In this document: positions 18,859-28,523 of the stretch, piece by piece
How positions within the stretch are numbered: the stretch's first letter is position 1
How the letters are laid out: each line of letters starts with the position of its first letter
Source of the DNA: an uncultured delta proteobacterium
GTDB lineage: Bacteria; Desulfobacterota; Binatia; Binatales; Binataceae
Length of the DNA stretch: 64,000 bases
Direction of reading: 5' to 3'
Assembly: GCA_963711565.1 (NCBI GenBank)
Contig: CAVQEQ010000004.1
Coordinates: 1,152,001 to 1,216,000 of the forward strand
Position numbers and translations under genes: made by a program
The notes under the pieces: generated by a model
Databases searched by the model: none
What the model was told of the DNA's origin: nothing
The model's input: the letters and a program-made list of their open reading frames with translations, nothing else

Positions 18859-19812
18859 ATGGAGCGAAATCTTGCCCTCGAAGTGGTACGCGCGACTGAA
18901 GCCGCGGCGCTGGCGGCGGCGCGCTTCATTGGCAAGGGCGACGAGCGGATGGCGGACCGCGCGGCGTGCGATGCGATGCGCAAGACGCTGAACTCGGTCG
19001 CGATGGACGGCAAGATCGTGATCGGCGAGGGTAAAGAGGGCGACGCCGAGTTCCTGTACGAGGGCGAAATAGTCGGCACCGGCGCGGGCACTGAAATCAA
19101 CGTCGCGCTCGACGCGATCGAAGGTCCGATCATCTGCGCGACCGGCGGGCCCAACGCGCTGTCCTGCGTCGCGCTGGCCGAGCGCGGGCGAATCTTGCGA
19201 TGCCCCGATACTTACATGGACAAGGTGGCGTGCGGACCGGCCGGGCGCGGCGTGATCGATATCGACCGCTCGCCGACCGATAATCTCAAGGCACTCGCCG
19301 AAGCAAAACACGTTTACGTCGAGGATTTGCGCGTCGCGATCCTCGATCGCCCGCGCCATGAAAAGTTGATCAATGAAGTCCGCCGCGCCGGCGCCGGGAT
19401 CAAGATGATCTCCGCCGGTGACTTGTCCGCCGCGATCGCTACCACGCGTCCCGAGAGCGAAATCGACATGCTGATCGGCATCGGCGGCGCGCATCAGGGA
19501 GTGCTCGCGGGCGCCGCGATTCGCTCCGCCGGCGGCGAGATGCAATGCCGGTTCGTGCCGCGCAACGGCGAGGAAGCCGAGGCGTGCCTCGCGATGGGCA
19601 TCATGGATCTCAAGCATCGCTACACGCTCGAGGAGCTGGCGGGAGACAACGTGATGTTCGCGGCGACGGGCGTGACCACCGGTGACTACCTGCGCGGCGT
19701 GCGATTTTTCTCCGGCGGCGCGACCACCAACAGCGTCGTGATGCGCTCGAAGACGCGCACCATCCGCTTCATCGAAGCGATTCATCATTTCGATTTCAAA
19801 CCCGAGTATTAA
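18859..19812 (+). CDS. glpX: class II fructose-1,6-bisphosphatase-like protein (GlpX) with divergent active-site motifs
   Basis: RNLALEVVRATEAAA, VIGEG, YMDK, LDRPRH, MFAATGVTTGDYLRGV, VMRSKTRTIR. Confidence 0.85.
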   Translation: MERNLALEVVRATEAAALAAARFIGKGDERMADRAACDAMRKTLNSVAMDGKIVIGEGKEGDAEFLYEGEIVGTGAGTEINVALDAIEGPIICATGGPNALSCVALAERGRILRCPDTYMDKVACGPAGRGVIDIDRSPTDNLKALAEAKHVYVEDLRVAILDRPRHEKLINEVRRAGAGIKMISAGDLSAAIATTRPESEIDMLIGIGGAHQGVLAGAAIRSAGGEMQCRFVPRNGEEAEACLAMGIMDLKHRYTLEELAGDNVMFAATGVTTGDYLRGVRFFSGGATTNSVVMRSKTRTIRFIEAIHHFDFKPEY

Positions 19813-19825
19813 CCGATCCGTCGCC

Positions 19826-20035
19826 GTGAAGCGCGTTCCAGAATGGCCGAAGCTGCGCGCCCCTTCGTGGCGCGGGGCCAGCGTCGCTGAACGGGCGCGC
19901 GCAATCGAAAACGCTTGTCGTACCGCCATCGAACTGCTCGAAGATTCCAAAGAGCGTGAGGCTAGACTGCGGCGCATCGACCCGGTCCCGAGCTCGACCC
20001 GAGCTATCATCCGCCGCCTCGCCGCCAGTGGCTAG
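19826..20035 (+). CDS. small hypothetical protein
   Basis: 69-aa helical ORF right after glpX, overlapping a short GTG-start ORF. Confidence 0.5.
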   Translation: MKRVPEWPKLRAPSWRGASVAERARAIENACRTAIELLEDSKEREARLRRIDPVPSSTRAIIRRLAASG

Positions 20036-20176
20036 GCGAAGCGCTAAAACCGCAGCTCAAGTCGCCCGCGCTCTCGCTCTGGTCTCGCAGTACCGCTTCA
20101 GCATCGCCAGCGGTAACCTGTCGCGCCCGGCTTTTATCGCCTAGTATAAATCGAACTCGAGGGAGGGTGGCGGGAT

Positions 20177-20371
20177 ATGTGGCTGCGCGTGACGATGAAA
20201 GACAGGCCGGTAATGATTAACGCGGATCGAGTCGTGAAAATTGTGGAGATTCCCGGCAGTGTCGAGCGGAGCCGCGGATGCCACGTCTATATTTCGCTCA
20301 CCGAGTTCCTGGAAGTCGATCAGTCGCTGCACGAGATGATGATCTCGCTCGGCTTCGAAGAGCGGCAGTAG
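20177..20371 (+). CDS. small hypothetical protein (FlbD-like pattern)
   Basis: GGAGGG RBS; PVMINADRVVKIVE...LEVDQSLHEM. Confidence 0.6.
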   Translation: MWLRVTMKDRPVMINADRVVKIVEIPGSVERSRGCHVYISLTEFLEVDQSLHEMMISLGFEERQ

Positions 20372-20860
20372 TCACTCCATCATCTCCAAAGCCTGACACG
20401 TGCTCGAGTCCGGTTTGAACTGGCCGGCCAGACACGACATCTTGGCTGCGTCGATCAGCGCCGGCTCGTCCCAATTCGCAGGCCAGGGACCGGTGTTGAC
20501 TGCCGCGCACGCCTGGCTATTGCCCATCGAGCACCAGGTGCTCAACTCGCCGTGCAGCACGGCCATCTGCTGGCACGCGTCCTGTTTGCCGGCGTTGCAG
20601 GCGGGCGTTTGCGTCTCGATCGGTGCGGTCGATTCGATCGCAACCTTGGTTTTGCCGAGCTCCTGCACGATCGTATGACACGCGGCCTGGTTGCCCTCGC
20701 TGCACTTCTCGGCTGACTCTGTGCGAATCTTATCGACGAATTCCTTCGCCGGCGCAGTGCATCCCGTAACATTGACGAGCGCGAGGGCGAGCGCGAAAAG
20801 GCGGGCATGCGTTCTCAATCCGGCGGGCACGTGCGCATTGTTTCGCGCGCGATGAGTCAT
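20372..20860 (-). CDS. Cys-rich lipoprotein with Sel1/Hcp-like C-x2-G-x3-AC repeats
   Basis: Lipobox VTGC; repeats CSEGNQAAC, CNAGKQDAC, CSMGNSQAC; start uncertain. Confidence 0.7.
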   Translation of the reverse strand: MTHRARNNAHVPAGLRTHARLFALALALVNVTGCTAPAKEFVDKIRTESAEKCSEGNQAACHTIVQELGKTKVAIESTAPIETQTPACNAGKQDACQQMAVLHGELSTWCSMGNSQACAAVNTGPWPANWDEPALIDAAKMSCLAGQFKPDSSTCQALEMME

Positions 20861-20911
20861 ACGCAAGCGAATAGGGTTGACACCGAAAGCGTGCAGGGCG
20901 GAATTAGGGAC

Positions 20912-21691
20912 ATGGATCTCAAGAATATAATTTTCGACAAAGCTGCGATCGCGACGCTCACCGTGAACCGACCCGGTGCGCTCAACGCGTTGAATCGCGA
21001 GGTGCTCGAGGAAATGGCGCGCGTGATTCGCGAGGTCCGCCACGACCGGTCGGTGCGCGTGCTGATCGTCACAGGCGCCGGCGACAAGGCATTCGTCGCG
21101 GGCGCGGATATCGCGGCGATGGCGAAAATGTCGGCGGTTGACGGCCTCGATTTTTCGCGCCTCGGTCATCGCGTGATGGAAAGTTTCGAGGACTTGCCAA
21201 TTCCCGTCATCGCGGCGGTCAACGGCTTCGCGCTCGGCGGCGGCCTCGAGCTCGCGCTCGCCTGCGACCTCGTCGTCGCGAGCGACAAGGCGCGATTCGG
21301 TCAGCCCGAAATAAATCTCGGACTAATTCCGGGCTTCGGCGGCACGCAACGCCTGCCGCATCGAATCGGCCACAACAAGGCGCGCGAGTTAATCATGACA
21401 GGCGACATGTTCGACGCGAAGACCGCTCTGGAACTTGGCCTCGCCAACCAGGTCGTTGCCCCCGACGCACTGCTCGAGACCACGCGCAAACTAGCCGAGA
21501 AAATCGCAAGCAAATCCGCCGTCGCGTTACGTCAGGCGAAAGCCGCTCTGCGGGCGGCGTTCACGATGGAAGAAGACAGTGGCCTCCGCTTCGAGCAGGA
21601 GGCCTTCGGCGTAACCTTCGCCAGCGCAGACCGTGTCGAGGGCACAACCGCCTTCGTCGAGAAGCGCCCGCCGAAGTGGCAGCACAAATAG
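20912..21691 (+). CDS. enoyl-CoA hydratase/isomerase (crotonase)
   Basis: NRPGALNALN, AFVAGADI, VNGFALGGGLE, GQPEINLGLIPGFGGTQRL. Confidence 0.95.
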   Translation: MDLKNIIFDKAAIATLTVNRPGALNALNREVLEEMARVIREVRHDRSVRVLIVTGAGDKAFVAGADIAAMAKMSAVDGLDFSRLGHRVMESFEDLPIPVIAAVNGFALGGGLELALACDLVVASDKARFGQPEINLGLIPGFGGTQRLPHRIGHNKARELIMTGDMFDAKTALELGLANQVVAPDALLETTRKLAEKIASKSAVALRQAKAALRAAFTMEEDSGLRFEQEAFGVTFASADRVEGTTAFVEKRPPKWQHK

Positions 21692-21698
21692 CCCTTAA

Positions 21699-21764
21699 CA
21701 CTGGGTGCAGGGCTCAGCCCTGCCCAGGGAAGCGTGAAACCCACGGCGGGTTTCATATCTAATA
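21699..21764 (+). repeat. two-hairpin element family A, copy 3
   Basis: CACTGGGTGCAGGGCTCAGCCCTGCCCAGGGAAGCGTGAAACCCACGGCGGGTTTCATATCTAATA; compensatory G-C to C-G change in stem 1. Confidence 0.9.
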
Positions 21765-21915
21765 AAGTGATTTACCCTTCCCCGCGCGAGGGTTGACCAC
21801 TTCCCGCCCCTGTGGGAAACTCCGGCCAATGCAGCAGACAGCGCCGCCGGATTAGGCGGCGTTGTTCATTCTGATGGCGTGACTATATTAAATTTGAAGC
21901 GTTCGGAGGATCTTC

Positions 21916-22356
21916 ATGGCTGAGCAGGCTCAAGCTACTGACACGGGACCGCGCCCGATTGTTCCATGGTTGAAATTGGCGCCCAAGCCCCATCTCGAAG
22001 GGATCAAGTGCGCGTGCGGCGCAATCTATCTCGATCCCAAACGCGTCGCATGCTCGAAATGCGGCGAGACTGACAAGTTCAAACCGCTGACGTTGTCCGA
22101 CAGGGGCAAGGTCTACGTGTTTTCGGTCGTGCATCAGTCGTTCCCGGGAATCAAGACGCCGTACGTGACGGCGATCGTCGATCTGCCCGAGGGCGTCAGC
22201 GTCCGTGCGAATCTGACCGGCGTCGATCCCGAGCAGGCGCAGAAGGAACCCAACAAGATTTTCAATTTGCCGGTCGAGCTGGTCACCGGCGTGGCGGCCA
22301 AGGATCGCGAAGGGCACGACGTAGTGGCTTTTTCGTTCCAGCCGAGTAAAAATTAG
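21916..22356 (+). CDS. DUF35 Zn-ribbon/OB-fold protein (thiolase partner)
   Basis: KCACG...ACSKCG rubredoxin-like ribbon, GKVYVFSVVH, PYVTAIVDLPEG. Confidence 0.9.
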   Translation: MAEQAQATDTGPRPIVPWLKLAPKPHLEGIKCACGAIYLDPKRVACSKCGETDKFKPLTLSDRGKVYVFSVVHQSFPGIKTPYVTAIVDLPEGVSVRANLTGVDPEQAQKEPNKIFNLPVELVTGVAAKDREGHDVVAFSFQPSKN

Positions 22357-22429
22357 GCGGCTCCGCAGGCGCCGCGAACAACTTTACGACGGACCTGAGC
22401 TTCGGGCCGGGCCGCCAGGAGGAATCAAG

Positions 22430-23590
22430 ATGCGAAATGTTTATGTTCTCGGAACCGGGATGATCAAATTCGGGCGCTATCCCGACAAGAGCGTTCCGGA
22501 ACTCGGCGGCCAGGCGGCGATCCTCGCGCTCAAGGACGCCGGAATCGGAATCAAGGACGTTGAGATGTTCGCCTGCGGAAATCTCTACCAGTCCAACGCG
22601 ATGGTCGGGCAGCGAATCCTGCAGCAAATAGGCCAGACCGGAATCCCCGTGATCAACGTCGCGAACGCATGCGCCACCGGCTCGACGGCGTTTCGCGAGG
22701 CGTACATGTCAGTTGCGGCCGGGATGTATGACATCTCGATGGCGGTCGGCGTCGAGCAGATGGGCAAGCAAGGCTTGCTCGGCGGCGCAGGCGGTGGCGA
22801 TCCCGCGTACTCGACCGAGGGCAAAGTCGGCTCAGGTTTGATGCCCGCGGTATTCGGCCAGGCTGGCATCGAGCACATGCGCAAGTACGGCACCAAGCCG
22901 GAGCACTTCGCAAAAATTTCGGTCAAGTCGCACAAGCATGCGACCAAGAATCCGTTCTCGCAGTATCGTAACGAAGTCTCGCTCGAAGACGTGATGAATG
23001 CGCGCATGGTCGCGTATCCCAACACTCTTTATATGTGTTGCCCGACGGGTGACGGCGCGGCGGCTGCGATTCTTGTCAGCGAGGACAAGCTGAAGCAGCT
23101 CGCCGGCGGACGCAAGCGTCCGAAGATTGCGGCTTCCGTGCTCACCTCGGATCCATGGACCGATCGCGACCTCACGCTGCCAGACGTCAGCACGCTCACG
23201 CGGCGCGCGTCGAAGCAGGCGTACGAGAAGGCCGGCATCGGACCCAAGGATATCGCGCTTACCGAATTGCATGACTGTTTCGCGACCGCGGAACTCGTGC
23301 ACTACGAGAACCTCGGACTCTGCGGCGACGGCGAAGCCGGCCGTTTCATCGACTCGGGCGGCGGCATGCATCCGAGCCTCGGCGGCCATGACCCCGTCAA
23401 TGTTTCGGGCGGACTGCTCTCGAAGGGGCATCCTCTCGGCGCGACCGGCGTCGCGAATATCTGCGAAGTGGTCTGGCATCTGACGCAGGACGATCGCGCG
23501 AAAGATCGCCTGGTGCCTAACGCCAAGGCGGGCCAAGCCCACGTAATCGGGCTGGGTTCCGCCTGCACGATTCACATCCTGACGGTATAA
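22430..23590 (+). CDS. thiolase family protein (SCP-x/lipid-transfer type)
   Basis: NVANACATG, DGAAA, ELHDCF, SGGLLSKGHPLGATG. Confidence 0.93.
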   Translation: MRNVYVLGTGMIKFGRYPDKSVPELGGQAAILALKDAGIGIKDVEMFACGNLYQSNAMVGQRILQQIGQTGIPVINVANACATGSTAFREAYMSVAAGMYDISMAVGVEQMGKQGLLGGAGGGDPAYSTEGKVGSGLMPAVFGQAGIEHMRKYGTKPEHFAKISVKSHKHATKNPFSQYRNEVSLEDVMNARMVAYPNTLYMCCPTGDGAAAAILVSEDKLKQLAGGRKRPKIAASVLTSDPWTDRDLTLPDVSTLTRRASKQAYEKAGIGPKDIALTELHDCFATAELVHYENLGLCGDGEAGRFIDSGGGMHPSLGGHDPVNVSGGLLSKGHPLGATGVANICEVVWHLTQDDRAKDRLVPNAKAGQAHVIGLGSACTIHILTV

Positions 23591-23630
23591 TTCAGGAACG
23601 ACGAAAAGACGCCTAATCGGCACTTCGAGA

Positions 23631-23663
23631 GAGGGCCGCCCAAACAGGCGGCCCTTTTTCTTT
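23631..23663 (+). terminator. intrinsic terminator
   Basis: AGGGCCGCC-caaaca-GGCGGCCCT followed by a T-tract. Confidence 0.85.
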
Positions 23664-23698
23664 CCCGATCAGGCCGATAAGTTTGACGGACCATCAGA

Positions 23699-24607
23699 AT
23701 GGCGAACGAAACAAAATCGACAGCTGAACGGCTCGGCTACAAGGCCGACGCGCGCGTGCTCATCCTCAATGCCGACGACTTCGGCATGTGCCACGATCAG
23801 AACGAAGGCGTGATGCGGGGATTGAAGGAGGGCATCTTCACGTCGTTGACGATCCTCGTGACGTGTCCGTGGTTCGAGGAGGCGGCGGAGTTCGCGCGCA
23901 ATAATCCCGCGGCAGATCTCGGCGTGCATCTCACGCTCACCGCCGAATGGGACAGCTACAAATGGGGACCCGTATTGGGGCGTCGCGCGGTGCCGTCGCT
24001 GGTCGATGAGCGCGGGTACCTGTGGCAGACAGTCGCGCAGGTTTACGAGCATGCGCGCCTCGACGAAGCGGAAGCCGAGCTGCGCGCGCAAATCGAGAAG
24101 GCGCTCGCGGCGGGAATCGACGCGACTCATCTCGATTCGCACATGGGCACGTTGCAGCTGCGCGCCGACTATCACGAGATCTACGCGCGGCTCGCCACGG
24201 AGTATCGACTGCCGATCAGGCTCGCATCGCGCAAGATGATGCGTGACCAGATGGGGCCGATTCTCGACCAACTCGACAAGGCGGGCGTTGTAACACCCGA
24301 CCATCTCGTCTTTCACGGTCCGTCAAAGCTGGCGGAGACCGAGTCCTACTGGTCGGATCTGATTCGCTCGCTGTTCCCGGGCGTGACGGAGATCCTGTGT
24401 CATCCCGCGCTCGCTCGCGACGAGCTGAAGAGCTGCGCGCGCGACGCTCTCCAGCGCGAAGCCGATTTCCGCTACTTCACTTCGGACAAGACGCGCAAGC
24501 TGGTCGCCGTTGAAGGCGTCAAGCTGGTCGGCTTCCGCGAGCTGCGCAACCTGATGCGCCCGGAACCCTCCAACTCCGGTTCCCCTTCCCTCAAGGGAAG
24601 GGGTTAG
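23699..24607 (+). CDS. ChbG/YdjC family carbohydrate deacetylase
   Basis: ILNADDFG, LGVHLTL, THLDSHMG, EILCHP. Confidence 0.9.
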   Translation: MANETKSTAERLGYKADARVLILNADDFGMCHDQNEGVMRGLKEGIFTSLTILVTCPWFEEAAEFARNNPAADLGVHLTLTAEWDSYKWGPVLGRRAVPSLVDERGYLWQTVAQVYEHARLDEAEAELRAQIEKALAAGIDATHLDSHMGTLQLRADYHEIYARLATEYRLPIRLASRKMMRDQMGPILDQLDKAGVVTPDHLVFHGPSKLAETESYWSDLIRSLFPGVTEILCHPALARDELKSCARDALQREADFRYFTSDKTRKLVAVEGVKLVGFRELRNLMRPEPSNSGSPSLKGRG

Positions 24608-24617
24608 GGGTTAGGTT
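24581..24617 (+). repeat. REP-like palindrome family B
   Basis: TCCCCTTCCCTCAAGGGAAGGGGTTAGGGGTTAGGTT; second copy at 59342-59376. Confidence 0.8.
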
Positions 24618-24619
24618 AG

Positions 24620-25876
24620 TTGGAACTGACGCGACTCAGAGGGTTTCGGGATCTGATCGGCGCCGACGCGCGCGCGATGAGCCTCGTCGAGGAGCGGGCG
24701 CGCGCAATTTTCGATCGCTACTCGATCAAAGAAATCAGAATTCCCGTGCTCGAGCGCACGCAGCTCTACTCGCGCTCCAGCGGCGAGACTTCGGATGTCG
24801 TCGAAAAGCAGATGTACACGTTCACCGATCGCGACGAGGGCGAGACCGCCGTCGCGCTCCGCCCCGAAGGTACGCCCGGCGTTGTGCGCGCATATGTCGA
24901 GGCCGGTCTCGATCGCACCGACCCCGAGCAGCGGCTGTTCTACTCGGGTCCGATGTTCCGTCGCGAACGTCCGCAGAAGGGCCGCTATCGCCAGTTCTAT
25001 CAATTCGGCGTCGAAATATTCGGAAGACCCGACGCGGCCTCCGACGCCGAGCTGCTGATCATGATCGACGAGCTTTGCCGCGATCTCAAACTTCCGTTCA
25101 CGATGGAAGTCAATTCGATTGGCGACCAGAAATGCCGGCCCGCCTTTCGCGAGGCCCTCGTCCAGTGGGGTCGAGCGCATTGGGACGAACTCGACGACGA
25201 CTGCCACAATCGCATCGATCGCAATCCGCTGCGCCTGCTCGATTGCAAGAAAGACGCGAAGGTCACGGAGTCGGCGCCCAAGAGTCTGGACTACCTGTGC
25301 GACGAATGCCGCGCGCATTTCGACATCGTCAAGGAGCTTCTGACCGCCGCGAACGTCCAGTACATCGTCAACCCGCGGATGGTGCGAGGCCTCGATTACT
25401 ACACGCGCACCGCGTTCGAGGTGATGGCGAGCGGTCTCGGCGCGCAGAGCACAATCGTCGCGGGCGGGCGATACGACGGCTTGGTCGAGACGATGGGCGG
25501 TACGGCGATTGCAGGAATTGGCTTCGCGATCGGGGTAGATCGGATGGCGCTAGCTCTGGAAGCTGCTGGCGTGACGCCGACTATCGCGCCGGATGCCGCG
25601 ATAATTTCGATGGGGCCTGCGGCGATGCGTCATGCGGTCATCGTAGCGCGCGATTTGCGGGCGGCGAACCTCAACGTCGAGATGCTCTCGCCGGAGCGCA
25701 AGATGAAGTCGCTGCTTGCGCGCGCGTCGAAGATTGGCGCGCGCTTCGCAGTGATTATCGGCGACGACGAACTGGCGCGCGGCGTCGTGCAGCTACGCGA
25801 CTTGAACGAGAGCACGCAGCGCGAAGTAGCAGTAGCAGAGGCCGCGCGCGCGATTGCGGAGGCTCGCGAAGAGTGA
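24620..25876 (+). CDS. hisS: histidine--tRNA ligase
   Basis: RGFRD, LRPEGT, MFRRERPQKGRYRQFYQ, VRGLDYY, GGRYDGL. Confidence 0.97.
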   Translation: MELTRLRGFRDLIGADARAMSLVEERARAIFDRYSIKEIRIPVLERTQLYSRSSGETSDVVEKQMYTFTDRDEGETAVALRPEGTPGVVRAYVEAGLDRTDPEQRLFYSGPMFRRERPQKGRYRQFYQFGVEIFGRPDAASDAELLIMIDELCRDLKLPFTMEVNSIGDQKCRPAFREALVQWGRAHWDELDDDCHNRIDRNPLRLLDCKKDAKVTESAPKSLDYLCDECRAHFDIVKELLTAANVQYIVNPRMVRGLDYYTRTAFEVMASGLGAQSTIVAGGRYDGLVETMGGTAIAGIGFAIGVDRMALALEAAGVTPTIAPDAAIISMGPAAMRHAVIVARDLRAANLNVEMLSPERKMKSLLARASKIGARFAVIIGDDELARGVVQLRDLNESTQREVAVAEAARAIAEAREE

Positions 25877-25936
25877 CTGTTTCTTACACTCAATCGCACA
25901 GGTATTCTTCGACCGACGGGATAAATTTCAACTGTA

Positions 25937-27730
25937 ATGGGTAAAACTGACCAATATTCTCCGCTGCCGCCGTGGACGCGAACTGACTATTGCGGCGCGA
26001 TCCGCGCCAACGACGTGGGGCGCGAGGTTGCGCTGTGGGGATGGGTCCAGACGCGGCGCGATCATGGCGGACTGATCTTTATCGATCTGCGCGACCGCGA
26101 CGGAATCGTGCAGCTTGTGCTGAATCCCGCGCACAGCAGCCAAGCGCACGAGGCGGCCGGCGACGTGCGCTCCGAGTTCTATGTCGCGGTGAAGGGCAAG
26201 GTTGTGCGCCGCGCCGAAGGCACCGTTAACGCCGAGCTGCCGACCGGTGAGATCGAAATTCTGGTCAGCGCATTCGAGACGCTGAGCGGGTCGGCGCCCG
26301 TGCCTTTTCAGATTGCCGACGGCGACGCGACTGCCGAGGAAATCCGGCTCAAGTATCGATACCTCGATTTGCGCCGTCCCGAGATGCAGCGCAATCTGCG
26401 CCGGCGCCATCAGGCGTTGCAGGCGGTGCGCAGCCATCTCGATCAGAACGGGTTCATCGATGTCGAGACGCCGATCCTTTTCAAATCGACACCCGAGGGC
26501 GCGCGCGACTATCTCGTGCCGAGCCGCGTCAATCCCGGAAAATTCTACGCGCTGCCGCAATCGCCGCAGTTGTTGAAGCAGATACTGATGATCGGCGGAT
26601 TCGATCGCTACTATCAAATTGCGCGATGCTTCCGCGACGAGGATTTGCGCGCGAATCGCCAGCCCGAATTCAGCCAGATCGATATCGAGATGACGTGCCC
26701 GCGGCCCGAAGACATCCAGTCGATCGCCGAAGGGATGATCGCGTCGGTTTATCGCAGTGTGCTCGACATCAACGTCAAGCCGCCGTTTCCGCGGATGCAG
26801 TATGCCGAGGCGATGGAGCGGTTCGGCGTGGACAAGCCCGACACGCGCTTTGCGATGGAGCTGAAGAATCTCACGGCCGCATTCGTGGGCACCTCGTTCA
26901 AGGTGTTCGCGGAAATTCTCGCGCGCGGCGAGTCCGTCTATGGAATCAACGTCACGGGCGATCACGCGCTGAGCCGCCGCGAACTCGATGAGCTTACCGA
27001 GTCGGTGAAATCGCGCTATGCGATGGGGTTGGCGTGGATAAAAGCAGGCGAGGGCGGTTGGCAGGGACCGATCGCAAAATATTTGAGCGACGGCGAAAGA
27101 GCCGCGGCCACTGCGGCCGCTGAATTGAAAACGGGCGATACGCTGTTGATGGTCGCGGGACCGCCGGATAAGGTGCGCCCGGTTCTCGGCGATATCCGCT
27201 TGCAGCTCGCCGCGAAATTCGGCCTCGACAAATCCGACGAGCTCAAATTTTTGTGGGTCGTCGATTTCCCGCTGTTCGATTACAGCGCCGACGACAAGCG
27301 CATGGTCTCGGTGAACCATCCGTTCACCGCGCCGAATCCCGACGATCTCGCGATGCTCGAGTCGGCGCCGCTCAAGGCGCGCGCGCTCGCCTACGATATG
27401 GTGCTCAACGGCCAGGAGCTCGGTGGCGGCTCGATTCGTATCCATAGCCGCGAGCTTCAATTGAAGGTATTTGAGTTGTTGGGGCTGACGCGCGAGGAAG
27501 CGATCGACCGCTTCGGCTTTTTGCTCGACGCGCTCAAGTACGGCGCGCCGCCCCATGGCGGAATCGCTTTTGGAGTCGATCGGATTTGCATGATGCTGTG
27601 CGGCACCGATTCGTTGCGCGACGTGATCGCGTTCCCCAAGACGCAGAAGGCGGTCGATCCGATGAGCGGCGCGCCGTCGGAGGTCGATCCGCGCCAGCTC
27701 AAGGAACTGTCGATCAAGGTGACCTCATGA
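25937..27730 (+). CDS. aspS: aspartate--tRNA ligase (probably non-discriminating)
   Basis: RRDHGGLIFIDLRD, STPEGARD, LPQSPQ, FRDEDLRANRQPEF, GAPPHGG. Confidence 0.97.
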   Translation: MGKTDQYSPLPPWTRTDYCGAIRANDVGREVALWGWVQTRRDHGGLIFIDLRDRDGIVQLVLNPAHSSQAHEAAGDVRSEFYVAVKGKVVRRAEGTVNAELPTGEIEILVSAFETLSGSAPVPFQIADGDATAEEIRLKYRYLDLRRPEMQRNLRRRHQALQAVRSHLDQNGFIDVETPILFKSTPEGARDYLVPSRVNPGKFYALPQSPQLLKQILMIGGFDRYYQIARCFRDEDLRANRQPEFSQIDIEMTCPRPEDIQSIAEGMIASVYRSVLDINVKPPFPRMQYAEAMERFGVDKPDTRFAMELKNLTAAFVGTSFKVFAEILARGESVYGINVTGDHALSRRELDELTESVKSRYAMGLAWIKAGEGGWQGPIAKYLSDGERAAATAAAELKTGDTLLMVAGPPDKVRPVLGDIRLQLAAKFGLDKSDELKFLWVVDFPLFDYSADDKRMVSVNHPFTAPNPDDLAMLESAPLKARALAYDMVLNGQELGGGSIRIHSRELQLKVFELLGLTREEAIDRFGFLLDALKYGAPPHGGIAFGVDRICMMLCGTDSLRDVIAFPKTQKAVDPMSGAPSEVDPRQLKELSIKVTS

Positions 27731-28518
27731 AAGCGCGCCTGGCTACCGCGTCGGCCAGGATGGTTCTCGTGGCGGCGTCGCTGTGGCTCGCGAGCGGATG
27801 CACGACGATGGCGGCGGACGTGGTCGATTCCACCACCGGGGCGGTGAGCGACGCGATCAATCAGCGCGACGTGAAGTCGCATGCGGTGCGCTCGATCAAA
27901 ACCATCGAGATCAATCGCGTCGCCGTGATGCCGCTGGTGGAGGATCCCGGGACTGGCGAACTGCTGGCTCCAGGAGCCGCCGAGGCGATCAGCGCCGAGC
28001 TTTACAGCCAGGTCGCCGTGGCCGGTGGATGGGACCCGATCGCGACGCAGGATGTTGACGATGCGATGCAGAAGATGCCGCCGACCACGCCGGGGAACCT
28101 CGACGCGAACGCGCTAAGGCTGGGTCATGACGTCTCGGCCGACGGCGTAATCTACGGCACGGTCGAAAAATATCAGGAGCGCGTCGGCATGGATTATTCG
28201 GCGGCGAGCCCGGCTTCGGTGGCGTTCTCGCTCAAGTTCGTCGATATGAAGAGTCAGCAAATCGTCTGGACGGCGAAGTTCGCCAAGTCGCAGGCGGCGC
28301 TCAGCCAAAATCTTTTCGATCTCGCTAATTTCGTGCAGCGTTCCGGACGCTGGGTGCGCGCCCACGAAATTGCGCAAGAAGGCGCGAAGGAGGCGGTCGC
28401 CGATCTTCACGGCGATCTCAACCTGTCGCAAAACGTTAAGCGTTTTGAAACCGGCAGCTACGGCCAACTCAAGTCCGGACAGCAGCGCTACAACACCGGC
28501 CCGAACGGCATGTACTAG
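27727..28518 (+). CDS. lipoprotein (LpoB/PelC/CsgG-like alpha/beta fold)
   Basis: Lipobox ASGC; RVAVMPL, ADGVIYGTV, IVW; ATG overlaps the aspS stop. Confidence 0.7.
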   Translation: MKARLATASARMVLVAASLWLASGCTTMAADVVDSTTGAVSDAINQRDVKSHAVRSIKTIEINRVAVMPLVEDPGTGELLAPGAAEAISAELYSQVAVAGGWDPIATQDVDDAMQKMPPTTPGNLDANALRLGHDVSADGVIYGTVEKYQERVGMDYSAASPASVAFSLKFVDMKSQQIVWTAKFAKSQAALSQNLFDLANFVQRSGRWVRAHEIAQEGAKEAVADLHGDLNLSQNVKRFETGSYGQLKSGQQRYNTGPNGMY

Positions 28519-28523
28519 AGGGG

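Noticed and set aside
24601-24617. Telomere-like TTAGGG repeats
   Set aside because: Only two imperfect units, forming the tail of a REP-like palindrome.
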